A DNA stretch of 64,000 nucleotides from Luteitalea sp. (GCA_009380045.1 WHSN01000001.1:27753-91752); one strand, 5' to 3'; positions 50,508-60,056 are shown, counted from the stretch's first letter. Notes: generated from the sequence alone by a model not told the origin. Numbers and translations: made by a program.

Positions 50508-51387
50508 CGCCCTCGCGCCAACGACCCATCCTGCCGCTCATCGGCGCCCACATGTCCGTGGCGGGCGGCCTGCCCCGCGCCGTCGAGCGCGCAGTCGTCC
50601 ATCGCTGCGACGCCCTCCAGATCTTCACCAAGAATGCGAGCCAATGGCGAGGCCGGCTGCTTCCGCCGGAGGAGATTCGCGAGTTCCGGGCGCGTGTTAA
50701 GGCCGCGCGCCTTGGCGCGGTCCTCTCCCACGCCAGCTACCTGATTAACCTGGCGACGGCGGACGCGGCGCTCCTCCGTCAGTCGATGGAGGCCATGGGT
50801 GATGAGATCGACCGCGCCGAGGCCCTGGGTCTGATGGGGGTGGTCCTGCATCCTGGTTGCTACACGGCAGGCTCGGCAACCGAGGGGCTGCGGATCGTCG
50901 CCGACGCCCTGCAGGAGCTGCTGCACGCGCGGCGGCGCGGACGGACGCTGGTACTGCTCGAACACACCGCCGGCCAGGGAACTGCGCTCGGCGCCAGCTT
51001 CGAGCAGCTGGCGACGATCATCCGGCTGATGAAGGGGCATCGCCGCGTCGGCGTATGCCTCGACACCTGTCACCTGCTCGCGTCCGGCTACGACTTCCGC
51101 TCGCCCGGTGGATATGAGAGCACGTGCACGGCGTTCGGCGCCCTCGTCGGCTTCGAGCGGCTGAAGGCGTTCCACCGCTCGGGAGCCGGGTCGATCGCCA
51201 CGCGCACATCGGCGAGGGATTCCTCGGGATCGAGCCCTTCCGGCGATTGGTGAACGATCGCCGCTTCAGCGGGCTGCCGATGCTGCTCGAAACCCCAAAG
51301 GCGGCAGGAAAGGCGACAGGAACAATCGAGGTCGACCCGCTCGATGACAAGAACCTCAACACCCTGCGGTCGCTGATCGCGCGGTAA
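50504..51387 (+). pseudogene. nfo: Endonuclease IV (nfo) disrupted by a short deletion/frameshift at ~51176
   Basis: The N-terminal ~224 codons are in the frame of ORF 50381..51253 (LIGAHMSVAGGL...LLEHTAGQG...VCLDTCHLLASGYD...ERLKAFH). The C-terminus is in the frame of ORF 51124..51387 (LGSRVDRHAHIGEGFLG...LLETPK). The two frames are joined by only 2 nt where the HLNDSK-type segment is expected. Confidence 0.7.
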
Positions 51388-51425
51388 CTGCCGGCACGAC
51401 GGTCGTACCGGCGGCCGCCGCGGCC

Positions 51426-51998
51426 CTACGGCATCTTTGTCGGCACGGTGGGGAGACCCGCCTCACCAAAGACCTCCGCCTCGAACTTCCAGAGCGTCGT
51501 TGACCCGTGCGCCCAGGCGTCTGGCGACAGACCTGCCTTCTGGCAGGTCTGCTCGACGAACGTGCGGCAGTCCCAGCCGCGCTCAACGGCCACCTGCGGG
51601 AGCAGGAGGCCTCGACGCAACCCCAGTTCAACGGCGAGGCCGTGGCGGCCAACCTCCATCTGGTCAAGGCCCACGATGGGCTCGAGCGGTCCCAACACCG
51701 ACAGTTCGATCTCGATGTCGGACAGCTCGGCTGGCGCGACCGCCGGGAAGCGGGGGTCTGCGCTGCAGGCAGCGACGGCGCACTGCGCGACCACCTGCGC
51801 CAGCGGCCGGTCCGGCTCGACATAACCGATGCAGCCGCGAAGATGACCCTGCTTGTGCAGCGTGACGAATGCCCCCGCCCTCCGCGACAGCTCGCCGGCC
51901 ACCACCGACGGTTCCGCCGGCGGCTGGCCGTGAACCTGCGCCCACACCGACGCGCGCGCGAGGCGAAGCAGCGCCAGGCGCTCGGCTGCGCTAATCAT
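51426..51998 (-). CDS. AMMECR1-domain protein (AmmeMemoRadiSam system protein A-like)
   Basis: In ORF 51426..52118 the start is ATG 51998 (MISAAERLALLRLARASV...GAFVTLHKQGHLRGCIGY). It overlaps the upstream Memo-like gene by 8 nt. Confidence 0.8.
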   Translation of the reverse strand: MISAAERLALLRLARASVWAQVHGQPPAEPSVVAGELSRRAGAFVTLHKQGHLRGCIGYVEPDRPLAQVVAQCAVAACSADPRFPAVAPAELSDIEIELSVLGPLEPIVGLDQMEVGRHGLAVELGLRRGLLLPQVAVERGWDCRTFVEQTCQKAGLSPDAWAHGSTTLWKFEAEVFGEAGLPTVPTKMP

Positions 51999-52854
51999 CG
52001 GCCGCGTCCCTGATGCCGAACGCCGCCGCAAGGTAGCCAACCACCGCCGACTTGTCTCCCGACACGTCTCCCGAATCGCCGTACTTGAGCACCACCGCGT
52101 CGCGGGCGCCGAGGGCACGCGCGGCGCACATCACGGCCACGGCCGGTCCGCCTCCGCAGGCGTGCTCGGGACATGCGGCCAGCGCGCGTTGCAGACCCTC
52201 GGGGTTGAACTGGCGCACGTGGTCGATGACAACGGCATCGAGCGCTGCCGCCCGGTTCGCGTCCTGGTAGTGCGACAAGTCGGTGCTCGCCACGATCACG
52301 GCGCGCTTGTCGCGGAGCACCACGGCGAGCGCGTCGGCCAGCGCTGTCGCCGTGGCCGCGGTCTGCCACCCCATGACCAGCGGCAGGATCCTCGCACGCG
52401 GCAGAAGACGACGGACGAAGGGCAGCTGCATCTCGAGGGAATGTTCGCGCGCATGCGCGGCGTCGTGCTCGCGGATCGTCGCCGATGCGCGCATCATCGC
52501 GGTCGCGCTCTCTTCATCGATCTCCGCGATCCCGAGCGGCGAGTCGAAGCCGCCACGCCGATACACCGCCACGCCGTCGAACCCGACAAAGTGTGACGGC
52601 CCGGCGAGAACCACGAGGTCCACGTCCCGGTGGCGCAGCTGACGATACGCATAGGCCGCGACCCCCCCGGAGTAGGTGAGACCAGCATGGGGAGCGATCA
52701 GGGCCACGAGCCGTGCCAGGTCGGGCGGACCGTCTAGAGCAGCCGCGAGATGATCGTCGATCGCAGCCTCGAGCGCCTGCCGCGTCCCCGGATACCAGGT
52801 TCCAGCTACGGCGGCTTTACGAACCGGAGCCACTCTCTTGTGATGATGTAGCAT
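51991..52854 (-). CDS. Memo-like protein (AmmeMemoRadiSam system protein B-like)
   Basis: In ORF 51991..53094 the start is ATG 52854 (MLHHHKRVAPVRKAAVAGTWYPG...IAPHAGLTYSG...EHSLEMQLPF...STDLSHY). Confidence 0.8.
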   Translation of the reverse strand: MLHHHKRVAPVRKAAVAGTWYPGTRQALEAAIDDHLAAALDGPPDLARLVALIAPHAGLTYSGGVAAYAYRQLRHRDVDLVVLAGPSHFVGFDGVAVYRRGGFDSPLGIAEIDEESATAMMRASATIREHDAAHAREHSLEMQLPFVRRLLPRARILPLVMGWQTAATATALADALAVVLRDKRAVIVASTDLSHYQDANRAAALDAVVIDHVRQFNPEGLQRALAACPEHACGGGPAVAVMCAARALGARDAVVLKYGDSGDVSGDKSAVVGYLAAAFGIRDAADD

Positions 52855-52859
52855 TTGCC

Positions 52860-53159
52860 ATGCCCGTTGGATTCTCACGTTCGGAAGTGCAAGCCATCGC
52901 CGCGCTCGCCAACCTGGAGCTCGACGAATCCGAGCTCGACCTGTTTGCCCGCCAACTCGGCGAGGTCCTCGACTACGCGACCCAGGTCCAGAACATCGAC
53001 ACGACAGGAGTGCCGCCGACCGCCAGCCTCGGGGTTCGACACGAAGCTGACCGCGCCGACCTCGTGCAGCCGTCGCTCGATCGCGATCTTGCATTGAGCA
53101 ACGCTCCCGACGCCAGCCTTGAGGCTGGCCTGTTCAAGGTGCCCCGGGTCATCGGATGA
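52860..53159 (+). CDS. gatC: Asp/Glu-tRNA amidotransferase subunit C
   Basis: This is the tail of ORF 52713..53159. The start is ATG 52860 (MPVGFSRSEVQAIAALANLELDESELDLFARQLGEVLDY). It has an ATGA overlap with gatA. Confidence 0.85.
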   Translation: MPVGFSRSEVQAIAALANLELDESELDLFARQLGEVLDYATQVQNIDTTGVPPTASLGVRHEADRADLVQPSLDRDLALSNAPDASLEAGLFKVPRVIG

Positions 53160-54610
53160 ACCGGCTCGGCACCGTCCGCGAAATCCGCGACGCGTTCCGA
53201 CGCGGCGAGCGGTCGGCAGTCGACGTCTGCACGGAGGCGCTCAGCTGCATCGCCATGCGCGATCCCGAGCTGCACGCGTTCAACACCATCACCGGTGAAC
53301 AGGCACTCGCCCGGGCAGCGGCCATCGACAGCGACCGCGCCCGCTGGATCGATCGCCCGCTCGCCGGCGTTCCGGTCGCGCTCAAAGACAACCTGTGCAC
53401 CCGAGGCGTGCGCACCACCGCCTCGTCGCGGATCCTCGAACACTTCGTCCCGCCGTTCGACGCCACCGCGGTCGCCCGCCTCGAGTCGGCCGGCGCGGTA
53501 ATCGTCGGCAAGACCAACTGCGACGAGTTCGCGATGGGTTCGTCCAACGAGAATTCAGCGTTCGGCCCGGCCCGCAATCCCTGGGCGCCGGACCGGATTC
53601 CGGGCGGGTCGAGTGGTGGGTCGGCAGTCGCCGTTGCATCGGGAATGACTCCACTGGCACTGGGATCCGACACCGGCGGCTCGATCCGTCAGCCGGCGGC
53701 GTTGTGCGGAATCGTCGGCCTCAAGCCGACGTATGGCCGAGTCTCGCGCTACGGCCTGCTCGCGTTCGCCTCCTCGCTCGATCAAATCGGTCCGCTGGCT
53801 CGCACCGTGGAGGACGTGGCGATCGCCCTGACCGTGATCGCCGGCGCTGACCCCGCCGATGCGACGACCGCGGCGGAACCGGTGCCCGACTTTTCGGCCG
53901 GCCTGAGCAGCCATGCTCGCGGCATGCGGGTCGGCGTGCCCCAGACGCTCGTGGATCAAGGTGTTGACGGCGAGGTGACCGCAGCCTACCGCGCCGCCCT
54001 CGACGTGCTCCGTGACCGCGGCGCAACACTGATCGACATCGACCTGCCGTACGCAGGCGCCGCGATTCCGGTCTACTACCTGATCGCCACCGCCGAGGCG
54101 AGCTCGAACCTGGCGCGCTACGACGGTGTGCGATATGGGTTCAGGGATCGAGGAACCGACGGCGACTCGACCCACCGCCGCGACCTGGACCTGAAGACGA
54201 TGTACGCCCGGACGCGAGCCAGGGGCTTCGGGCCAGAAGTGAAGCGACGAATCATGCTCGGCACTTACGTGCTGAGCGCCGGCTACTACGATGCCTACTA
54301 CCTCAAGGCGCAACAGGTGCGCACGCTCATCCGGCGAGACTACGAGCGCGCCTTCGAACAGGTCGAGGTGGTCGCGATGCCGACCAGCCCCACGCCTGCC
54401 TTCAAGATCGGCGAGCGCGTGTCCGACCCGCTGCAGATGTATCTCGCCGATGTGTTCACGGTCAGCGCCAATCTCGCAGGCCTGCCGGCGGTGAGCGTGC
54501 CGTGCGGCTTCACCGGTAACGGCCTGCCGATCGGCCTGCAGCTGACCGGCCGCACGTTCGAGGAGCTGACGATGCTCCGGATCGCCCACGCCTACGAGCA
54601 GGGGAAATGA
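53156..54610 (+). CDS. gatA: Asp/Glu-tRNA amidotransferase subunit A
   Basis: ORF 53156..54610 carries the amidase signature (GGSSGGSAVAVASG...GSDTGGSIRQPA). Confidence 0.95.
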   Translation: MNRLGTVREIRDAFRRGERSAVDVCTEALSCIAMRDPELHAFNTITGEQALARAAAIDSDRARWIDRPLAGVPVALKDNLCTRGVRTTASSRILEHFVPPFDATAVARLESAGAVIVGKTNCDEFAMGSSNENSAFGPARNPWAPDRIPGGSSGGSAVAVASGMTPLALGSDTGGSIRQPAALCGIVGLKPTYGRVSRYGLLAFASSLDQIGPLARTVEDVAIALTVIAGADPADATTAAEPVPDFSAGLSSHARGMRVGVPQTLVDQGVDGEVTAAYRAALDVLRDRGATLIDIDLPYAGAAIPVYYLIATAEASSNLARYDGVRYGFRDRGTDGDSTHRRDLDLKTMYARTRARGFGPEVKRRIMLGTYVLSAGYYDAYYLKAQQVRTLIRRDYERAFEQVEVVAMPTSPTPAFKIGERVSDPLQMYLADVFTVSANLAGLPAVSVPCGFTGNGLPIGLQLTGRTFEELTMLRIAHAYEQGK

Positions 54611-54621
54611 CGATACACATA

Positions 54622-54786
54622 AATTTCAGGATTTCAGGATCTCGGATTTCACGACGCCGGGCGCGATTCCTCGTTCGCAGATTCGCACGTCGCCTCCTCC
54701 CTGCGAATTTACGGGCGAGTTTCCAACCTTCAAATCCGAATCCCAAAATCCAATCCCAAATCCTGAAATCCTGAAATCCTGAAATT
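54622..54786. repeat. Paired inverted octamer arrays (ATTTCAGG / CCTGAAAT) giving a perfect 19-bp inverted repeat 127 nt apart
   Basis: The left arm AATTTCAGGATTTCAGGAT (54622-54640) is the exact reverse complement of ATCCTGAAATCCTGAAATT (54768-54786). Degenerate units extend the arrays to 54653 on the left and from 54731 on the right. Confidence 0.9.
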
Positions 54787-55810
54787 GTCCTGCCACCCCC
54801 TGCCCCTTGACTGGCCGTCGTATGGCGACGAGAAGCTCCTCGAGGTGCGCATGTGCGATCTCGGGCTGACCCTCGCCGGCACCGCCGTCGAGCAGCGGAT
54901 CGCGCGCGTCGATGCCGAGCTCGTCGCGCGCGGCCTGGTGCGCCCTCACTACTGGCTGTCGGACGAGTGGTTCACGCCGGACGGGGTGCCTGGCGTCGCG
55001 GTGCCGTTCTACTTGGCCCACCTCCGGCTCGAGAAGCTCGAGCTGGCGCAGATGCTCGAGGTGGAAGGCGGCGACGAGGACACGTGCCTCAAGATCCTCC
55101 GCCACGAGGCGGGCCATGCGACCGACAACGCCTACCAGCTTCGCCGGCGGCCCACCCGCCGGCAGCTGTTCGGCAACCCGAACACCCCATACCCCGAATA
55201 CTACACGCCAAAACCCTACAGCAAGAGCTTCGTGCAGCACCTGGATCACTGGTACGCGCAAAGCCATCCCGACGAGGACTTCGCGGAAACCTTCGCAGTG
55301 TGGCTCGACCCGCAGTCCACATGGCCGAGCCGCTATGGTGGGTGGCCGGCGCTGCGCAAGCTTGAGTACATGGATCGCCTGATGCGTGCCGTGGCGCGCG
55401 TCCAACCCAGGATCACCATCGAGACCGAGCTCGATCCGCTGTCCGAGCTCACCAAGACGCTCGGCGAACACTACAACCAGAAGCGCGCGCATTACGGTCT
55501 CGACCATCCCGACTTCTATGAAAGCGACCTGAGGAACCTGTTCTCGGACGCGCCTGAGTATGCGAAGCGCCCCTCGGCGGCGCGTTACATCAGCCGCATC
55601 CGCAAAGAGGTCCGCACCACCGTCGCCAGCTTCACCGACAGCTACCAGTACACAATCGACCAGCTGATCGAGAAGCTCCTCCGCCGCTGCCGCGAGCTGA
55701 ACCTGCGGCTGACCGAATCCGAGGAAGCGACGAAAATCGACTTCATGGTCTTCCTGACGGTGCAGACGATGAACTACTTGCACAGCGGCCGGCATCGCGT
55801 CGCGCTATGA
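54785..55810 (+). CDS. Putative zinc-binding metallopeptidase (Peptidase_Mx-like)
   Basis: ORF 54785..55810 begins at TTG inside a repeat arm, so the start is uncertain. The HExxH motif is LKILRHEAGHATDN, followed by a downstream DEDFAETFA. Confidence 0.65.
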   Translation: MSCHPLPLDWPSYGDEKLLEVRMCDLGLTLAGTAVEQRIARVDAELVARGLVRPHYWLSDEWFTPDGVPGVAVPFYLAHLRLEKLELAQMLEVEGGDEDTCLKILRHEAGHATDNAYQLRRRPTRRQLFGNPNTPYPEYYTPKPYSKSFVQHLDHWYAQSHPDEDFAETFAVWLDPQSTWPSRYGGWPALRKLEYMDRLMRAVARVQPRITIETELDPLSELTKTLGEHYNQKRAHYGLDHPDFYESDLRNLFSDAPEYAKRPSAARYISRIRKEVRTTVASFTDSYQYTIDQLIEKLLRRCRELNLRLTESEEATKIDFMVFLTVQTMNYLHSGRHRVAL

Positions 55811-56838
55811 GTGCCGGCAAGCTCCGTATTCTCGCGCTCGTCCACCGGCACCTCATTCCACCGGACAGCATCCCCGAGGGCACCGACCTCGTCGCCGCTC
55901 CGTGGCGCACGGAGTACGACGTCATCTCCACGCTGCGGTCGCTCGGCCACGAAGTGCGCCCGCTCGGCGTCCACGACGATCTCGGCGACATCCGCCGCAC
56001 CGCGGAGGAGTGGAAGCCGCACGTCGCCTTCAACCTTCTCGAAGGGTTCGACGACGTGACGATCTTCGATCAGAACGTCGTCAGCCACCTGGAGCTGTTG
56101 AAGCTGCCCTATACCGGGTGCAATCCACGCGGGCTCCTCCTCGCCCGCGACAAGTCGCTGTCGAAGAAGCTGCTCACCTATCACCGGATTGCGGTGCCTG
56201 AATTCGACGTCTTCCGGATCGGCCGTCCGGTCCGGCGCCCGAAGCGCTTGCCGTACCCGCTGATGGTGAAGTCGCTGACGCAGGAGGCCTCGGTCGGCAT
56301 CTCGCAGGCGTCGGTGGTTGACAGCGATGAAAAGCTCAAGGAGCGCGTCGCCTTCATCCACGAAAGCATCCGGACCGCGGCCATCGCCGAGCGCTATGTC
56401 GAGGGCCGCGAGCTCTATGTCGGCGTCCTCGGCAACCAGATGCTGCAGTCGCTGCCGGTGTGGGAGCTGTTCTTCTCGAACATGCCGGAAGGCGCCAGAC
56501 GGATTGCGACCGATCGGGTGAAATGGAGCGTCAAGTACCAGAATAAATACGGGATCGAAAGCGGCCTCGCCAGGGATTTGAGCGACCCTGTGGCCGAGCG
56601 GATCCAACACGTCTGCAAGCGCGCGTATCGCGCCCTCGAGTTGAGCGGTTACGCGCGGATCGACCTGCGGCTCGATGAAACGGGCAACGTGTGGGTGATC
56701 GAAGCGAACCCGAACCCGCAGATCGCCAGGGGCGAGGACTTCGCCGCCTCGGCCGAGAAAGTCGGGCTCAGCTACGAGTCACTGCTGCAGCGGATTGTGA
56801 ACCTGGGGATGCGGTGGCAACCGGAGAGCTTTGCGTAG
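55807..56838 (+). CDS. ATP-grasp enzyme, D-alanine--D-alanine ligase-like family
   Basis: ORF 55807..56838 has an ATGA overlap with the metallopeptidase. ATP-grasp motifs are present (DKSLSKKLL, YPLMVKSLTQEASVGIS, ERYVEGRELYVGVLG, ARIDLRLDETGNVWVIEANPNP). It ends in tandem stops TAG TAG. Confidence 0.8.
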   Translation: MSAGKLRILALVHRHLIPPDSIPEGTDLVAAPWRTEYDVISTLRSLGHEVRPLGVHDDLGDIRRTAEEWKPHVAFNLLEGFDDVTIFDQNVVSHLELLKLPYTGCNPRGLLLARDKSLSKKLLTYHRIAVPEFDVFRIGRPVRRPKRLPYPLMVKSLTQEASVGISQASVVDSDEKLKERVAFIHESIRTAAIAERYVEGRELYVGVLGNQMLQSLPVWELFFSNMPEGARRIATDRVKWSVKYQNKYGIESGLARDLSDPVAERIQHVCKRAYRALELSGYARIDLRLDETGNVWVIEANPNPQIARGEDFAASAEKVGLSYESLLQRIVNLGMRWQPESFA

Positions 56839-56855
56839 TAGATGGCTTGCCCGCC

Positions 56856-56885
56856 CTACTTCCGGGCCGCTTACTTCCGGGCAGC
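56856..56885 (-). repeat. 15-nt tandem duplication containing a gene's last codons plus stop
   Basis: Minus strand: GCT GCC CGG AAG TAA / GCG GCC CGG AAG TAG. The second copy is in frame (A A R K stop / A A R K stop). Confidence 0.85.
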
Positions 56886-57137
56886 TGCCGCCTCGAGCAG
56901 CTCGGGCGAACGGAGTTGATCGGCCGGGCCGCGCGGGGCGCCAGGCGTGAGATACACCATCGACTTGTGCGTGATGGTTTCGTCCAGGCTCTTCACGACC
57001 GCTCCGTTGCCGGCCGTCTTCACCAGCTTGGTGAGGCCGAACAACATGCAGAACCCGATGAACAGCGCCAACACGAACACGCTGCTCGAGAGCAGCCCCT
57101 CGAGGGCCCCGAGCGCGATTTGCAGCGCATCACTCAT
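56871..57137 (-). CDS. Small hypothetical membrane protein
   Basis: In ORF 56871..57158 the likely start is ATG 57137 (MSDALQIALGALEGLLSSSVFVLALFIGFCMLFGL), an ATGA overlap with the upstream rpoZ-like stop. Confidence 0.4.
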   Translation of the reverse strand: MSDALQIALGALEGLLSSSVFVLALFIGFCMLFGLTKLVKTAGNGAVVKSLDETITHKSMVYLTPGAPRGPADQLRSPELLEAAAARK

Positions 57138-57418
57138 TGCTGTCCCTCTGCATGCCAACTCCCCTGGTCCGGCACCTGATAGGTGACCAGGCCCCGCCGC
57201 ACTTCTTCCATCGCCGCTCGTTCGGGCTTGATCGGCGCCGCGCCCCTCGCATCGGTCTCGAACCGCCGCCGTGCGCCCCGCCGCAGTTGCTTCGCCCGCA
57301 GTGCGGCGACGTCGACGAACAGGAACCGGCTCGAAATCGGCGGCAGCGGGTCGGCCGGCAGCGCCGGAGCGTCTTGAATGTCGGGAGCGGCGTCGAGGGA
57401 ACGATTGGCTTCTTCCAT
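57134..57418 (-). CDS. rpoZ: Probable RNA polymerase omega subunit
   Basis: In ORF 57134..57460 the start is ATG 57418 (MEEANRS...). The core SRFLFVDVAALRAKQLRRGA...KPERAAMEEVRRGLV resembles the omega consensus (RF.LV..AA.RA.QL). The assignment is moderately confident. Confidence 0.55.
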   Translation of the reverse strand: MEEANRSLDAAPDIQDAPALPADPLPPISSRFLFVDVAALRAKQLRRGARRRFETDARGAAPIKPERAAMEEVRRGLVTYQVPDQGSWHAEGQQ

Positions 57419-57443
57419 GGACGGTTCTCCAACAGTAGCACGT

Positions 57444-57513
57444 GCCCCATTGGGGCGCATAGGGCGGGCACGGCCGGGGCCAGGCGGGTGGGCCTTCCGG
57501 GCCCGCCCTGGCC
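57444..57513 (-). terminator. GC-rich hairpins downstream of hsp20 (possible terminator, no U-tract)
   Basis: GCCCCATTGGGGC (57444-57456) forms a 5-bp stem. GGCCAGGCGGGTGGGCC-TTCC-GGGCCCGCCCTGGCC (57478-57513) is an imperfect long stem. Both lie between the hsp20 stop (57563) and the rpoZ-like start (57418). Confidence 0.3.
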
Positions 57514-57562
57514 TGTCCCGACCCGCCCGACCCCGACTCGGCCTGGCGCGTCCTCCCGAGGC

Positions 57563-57952
57563 TTACGCCGCGATGTCGACCCTGATCTGACGAGGCTTGG
57601 CCTCCTCGCGCAGCGGCAGCCGCACGGTGAGCACGCCGTTCTTGTACTCGGCGGCAACCTTCCCGGTGTCGACCGTCTGGGGCAGCGAGAACGAGCGGGT
57701 GAACGTGCCATAGCGCCGTTCGACGTGATGGAACTGCTCCTCCTTCACCTCGTTCGAGAACTTTTTCTCGCCCTTCACCGTGAGCACGAAGTTGTCGATG
57801 TTGATGTCGATGTCTTCGCGCGACATGTCGGGAAGTTCCGCCTTCAGCACCAGTTCGTGGTCACCGTTCTGGTAGATGTCGACCGGCGGCATCCACGAGC
57901 TGGCCGTTGCGAAACCGAAGTCACGAAATGGATCCCAGCGAACAATCGTCAT
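57563..57952 (-). CDS. Hsp20/alpha-crystallin small heat-shock protein
   Basis: ORF 57563..57952 has an alpha-crystallin domain (VDIYQNGDHELVLKAELPDMSREDIDINI...FTRSFSLPQTVD...AEYKNGVLTVRLP). Confidence 0.9.
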   Translation of the reverse strand: MTIVRWDPFRDFGFATASSWMPPVDIYQNGDHELVLKAELPDMSREDIDINIDNFVLTVKGEKKFSNEVKEEQFHHVERRYGTFTRSFSLPQTVDTGKVAAEYKNGVLTVRLPLREEAKPRQIRVDIAA

Positions 57953-57963
57953 ATATGTCCTCC

Positions 57964-59862
<1,899 letters not shown>

Positions 59863-59880
59863 CGAGATTGATTCCTCTGT

Positions 59881-59970
59881 TCTGGCCGTTGGCGTTCTGG
59901 CCGTTGGTCATCCGTTCCCGCCGCTGGCCATGGGTTCCGGCCGTTTGGCCATCCGCTTCGGCGTTTACCG
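59881..59970. repeat. Degenerate tandem 15-21-nt repeats in the dnaK leader
   Basis: On the plus strand: TCTGGCCGTTGGCGT / TCTGGCCGTTGGTCA (13/15 identical), then about 20-nt units each ending in GGCCA. On the minus strand, the repeat units carry ATG triplets at 59952, 59931 and 59911. Confidence 0.75.
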
Positions 59971-59976
59971 CTGTGG

Positions 59977-60056
59977 TTGAAGTGAAGATACAAGATATAT
60001 GAGTGCTAGTAAAGCATTTTATCTTAGTGTTTAAACATCATGCATCGATGTTTAGC
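59977..60056. promoter_or_regulatory. AT-rich divergent control region between dnaK and hsp20
   Basis: A sharp local drop in GC is visible by eye. On the minus strand there is a possible TTTACT-17 nt-TATCTT promoter enclosing CTAGCACTC, an 8/9 match to one CIRCE half-site. There are also AAGATA/TATCTT inverted hexamers. Confidence 0.4.

Noticed and set aside
60001-60033. CIRCE (HrcA operator) upstream of dnaK.
   Set aside because: Only one half-site matches (CTAGCACTC, 8/9). The required inverted partner 9 nt away is absent, and the best candidate (TTAGTGTTT) matches 5/9 at the wrong spacing and in everted orientation.
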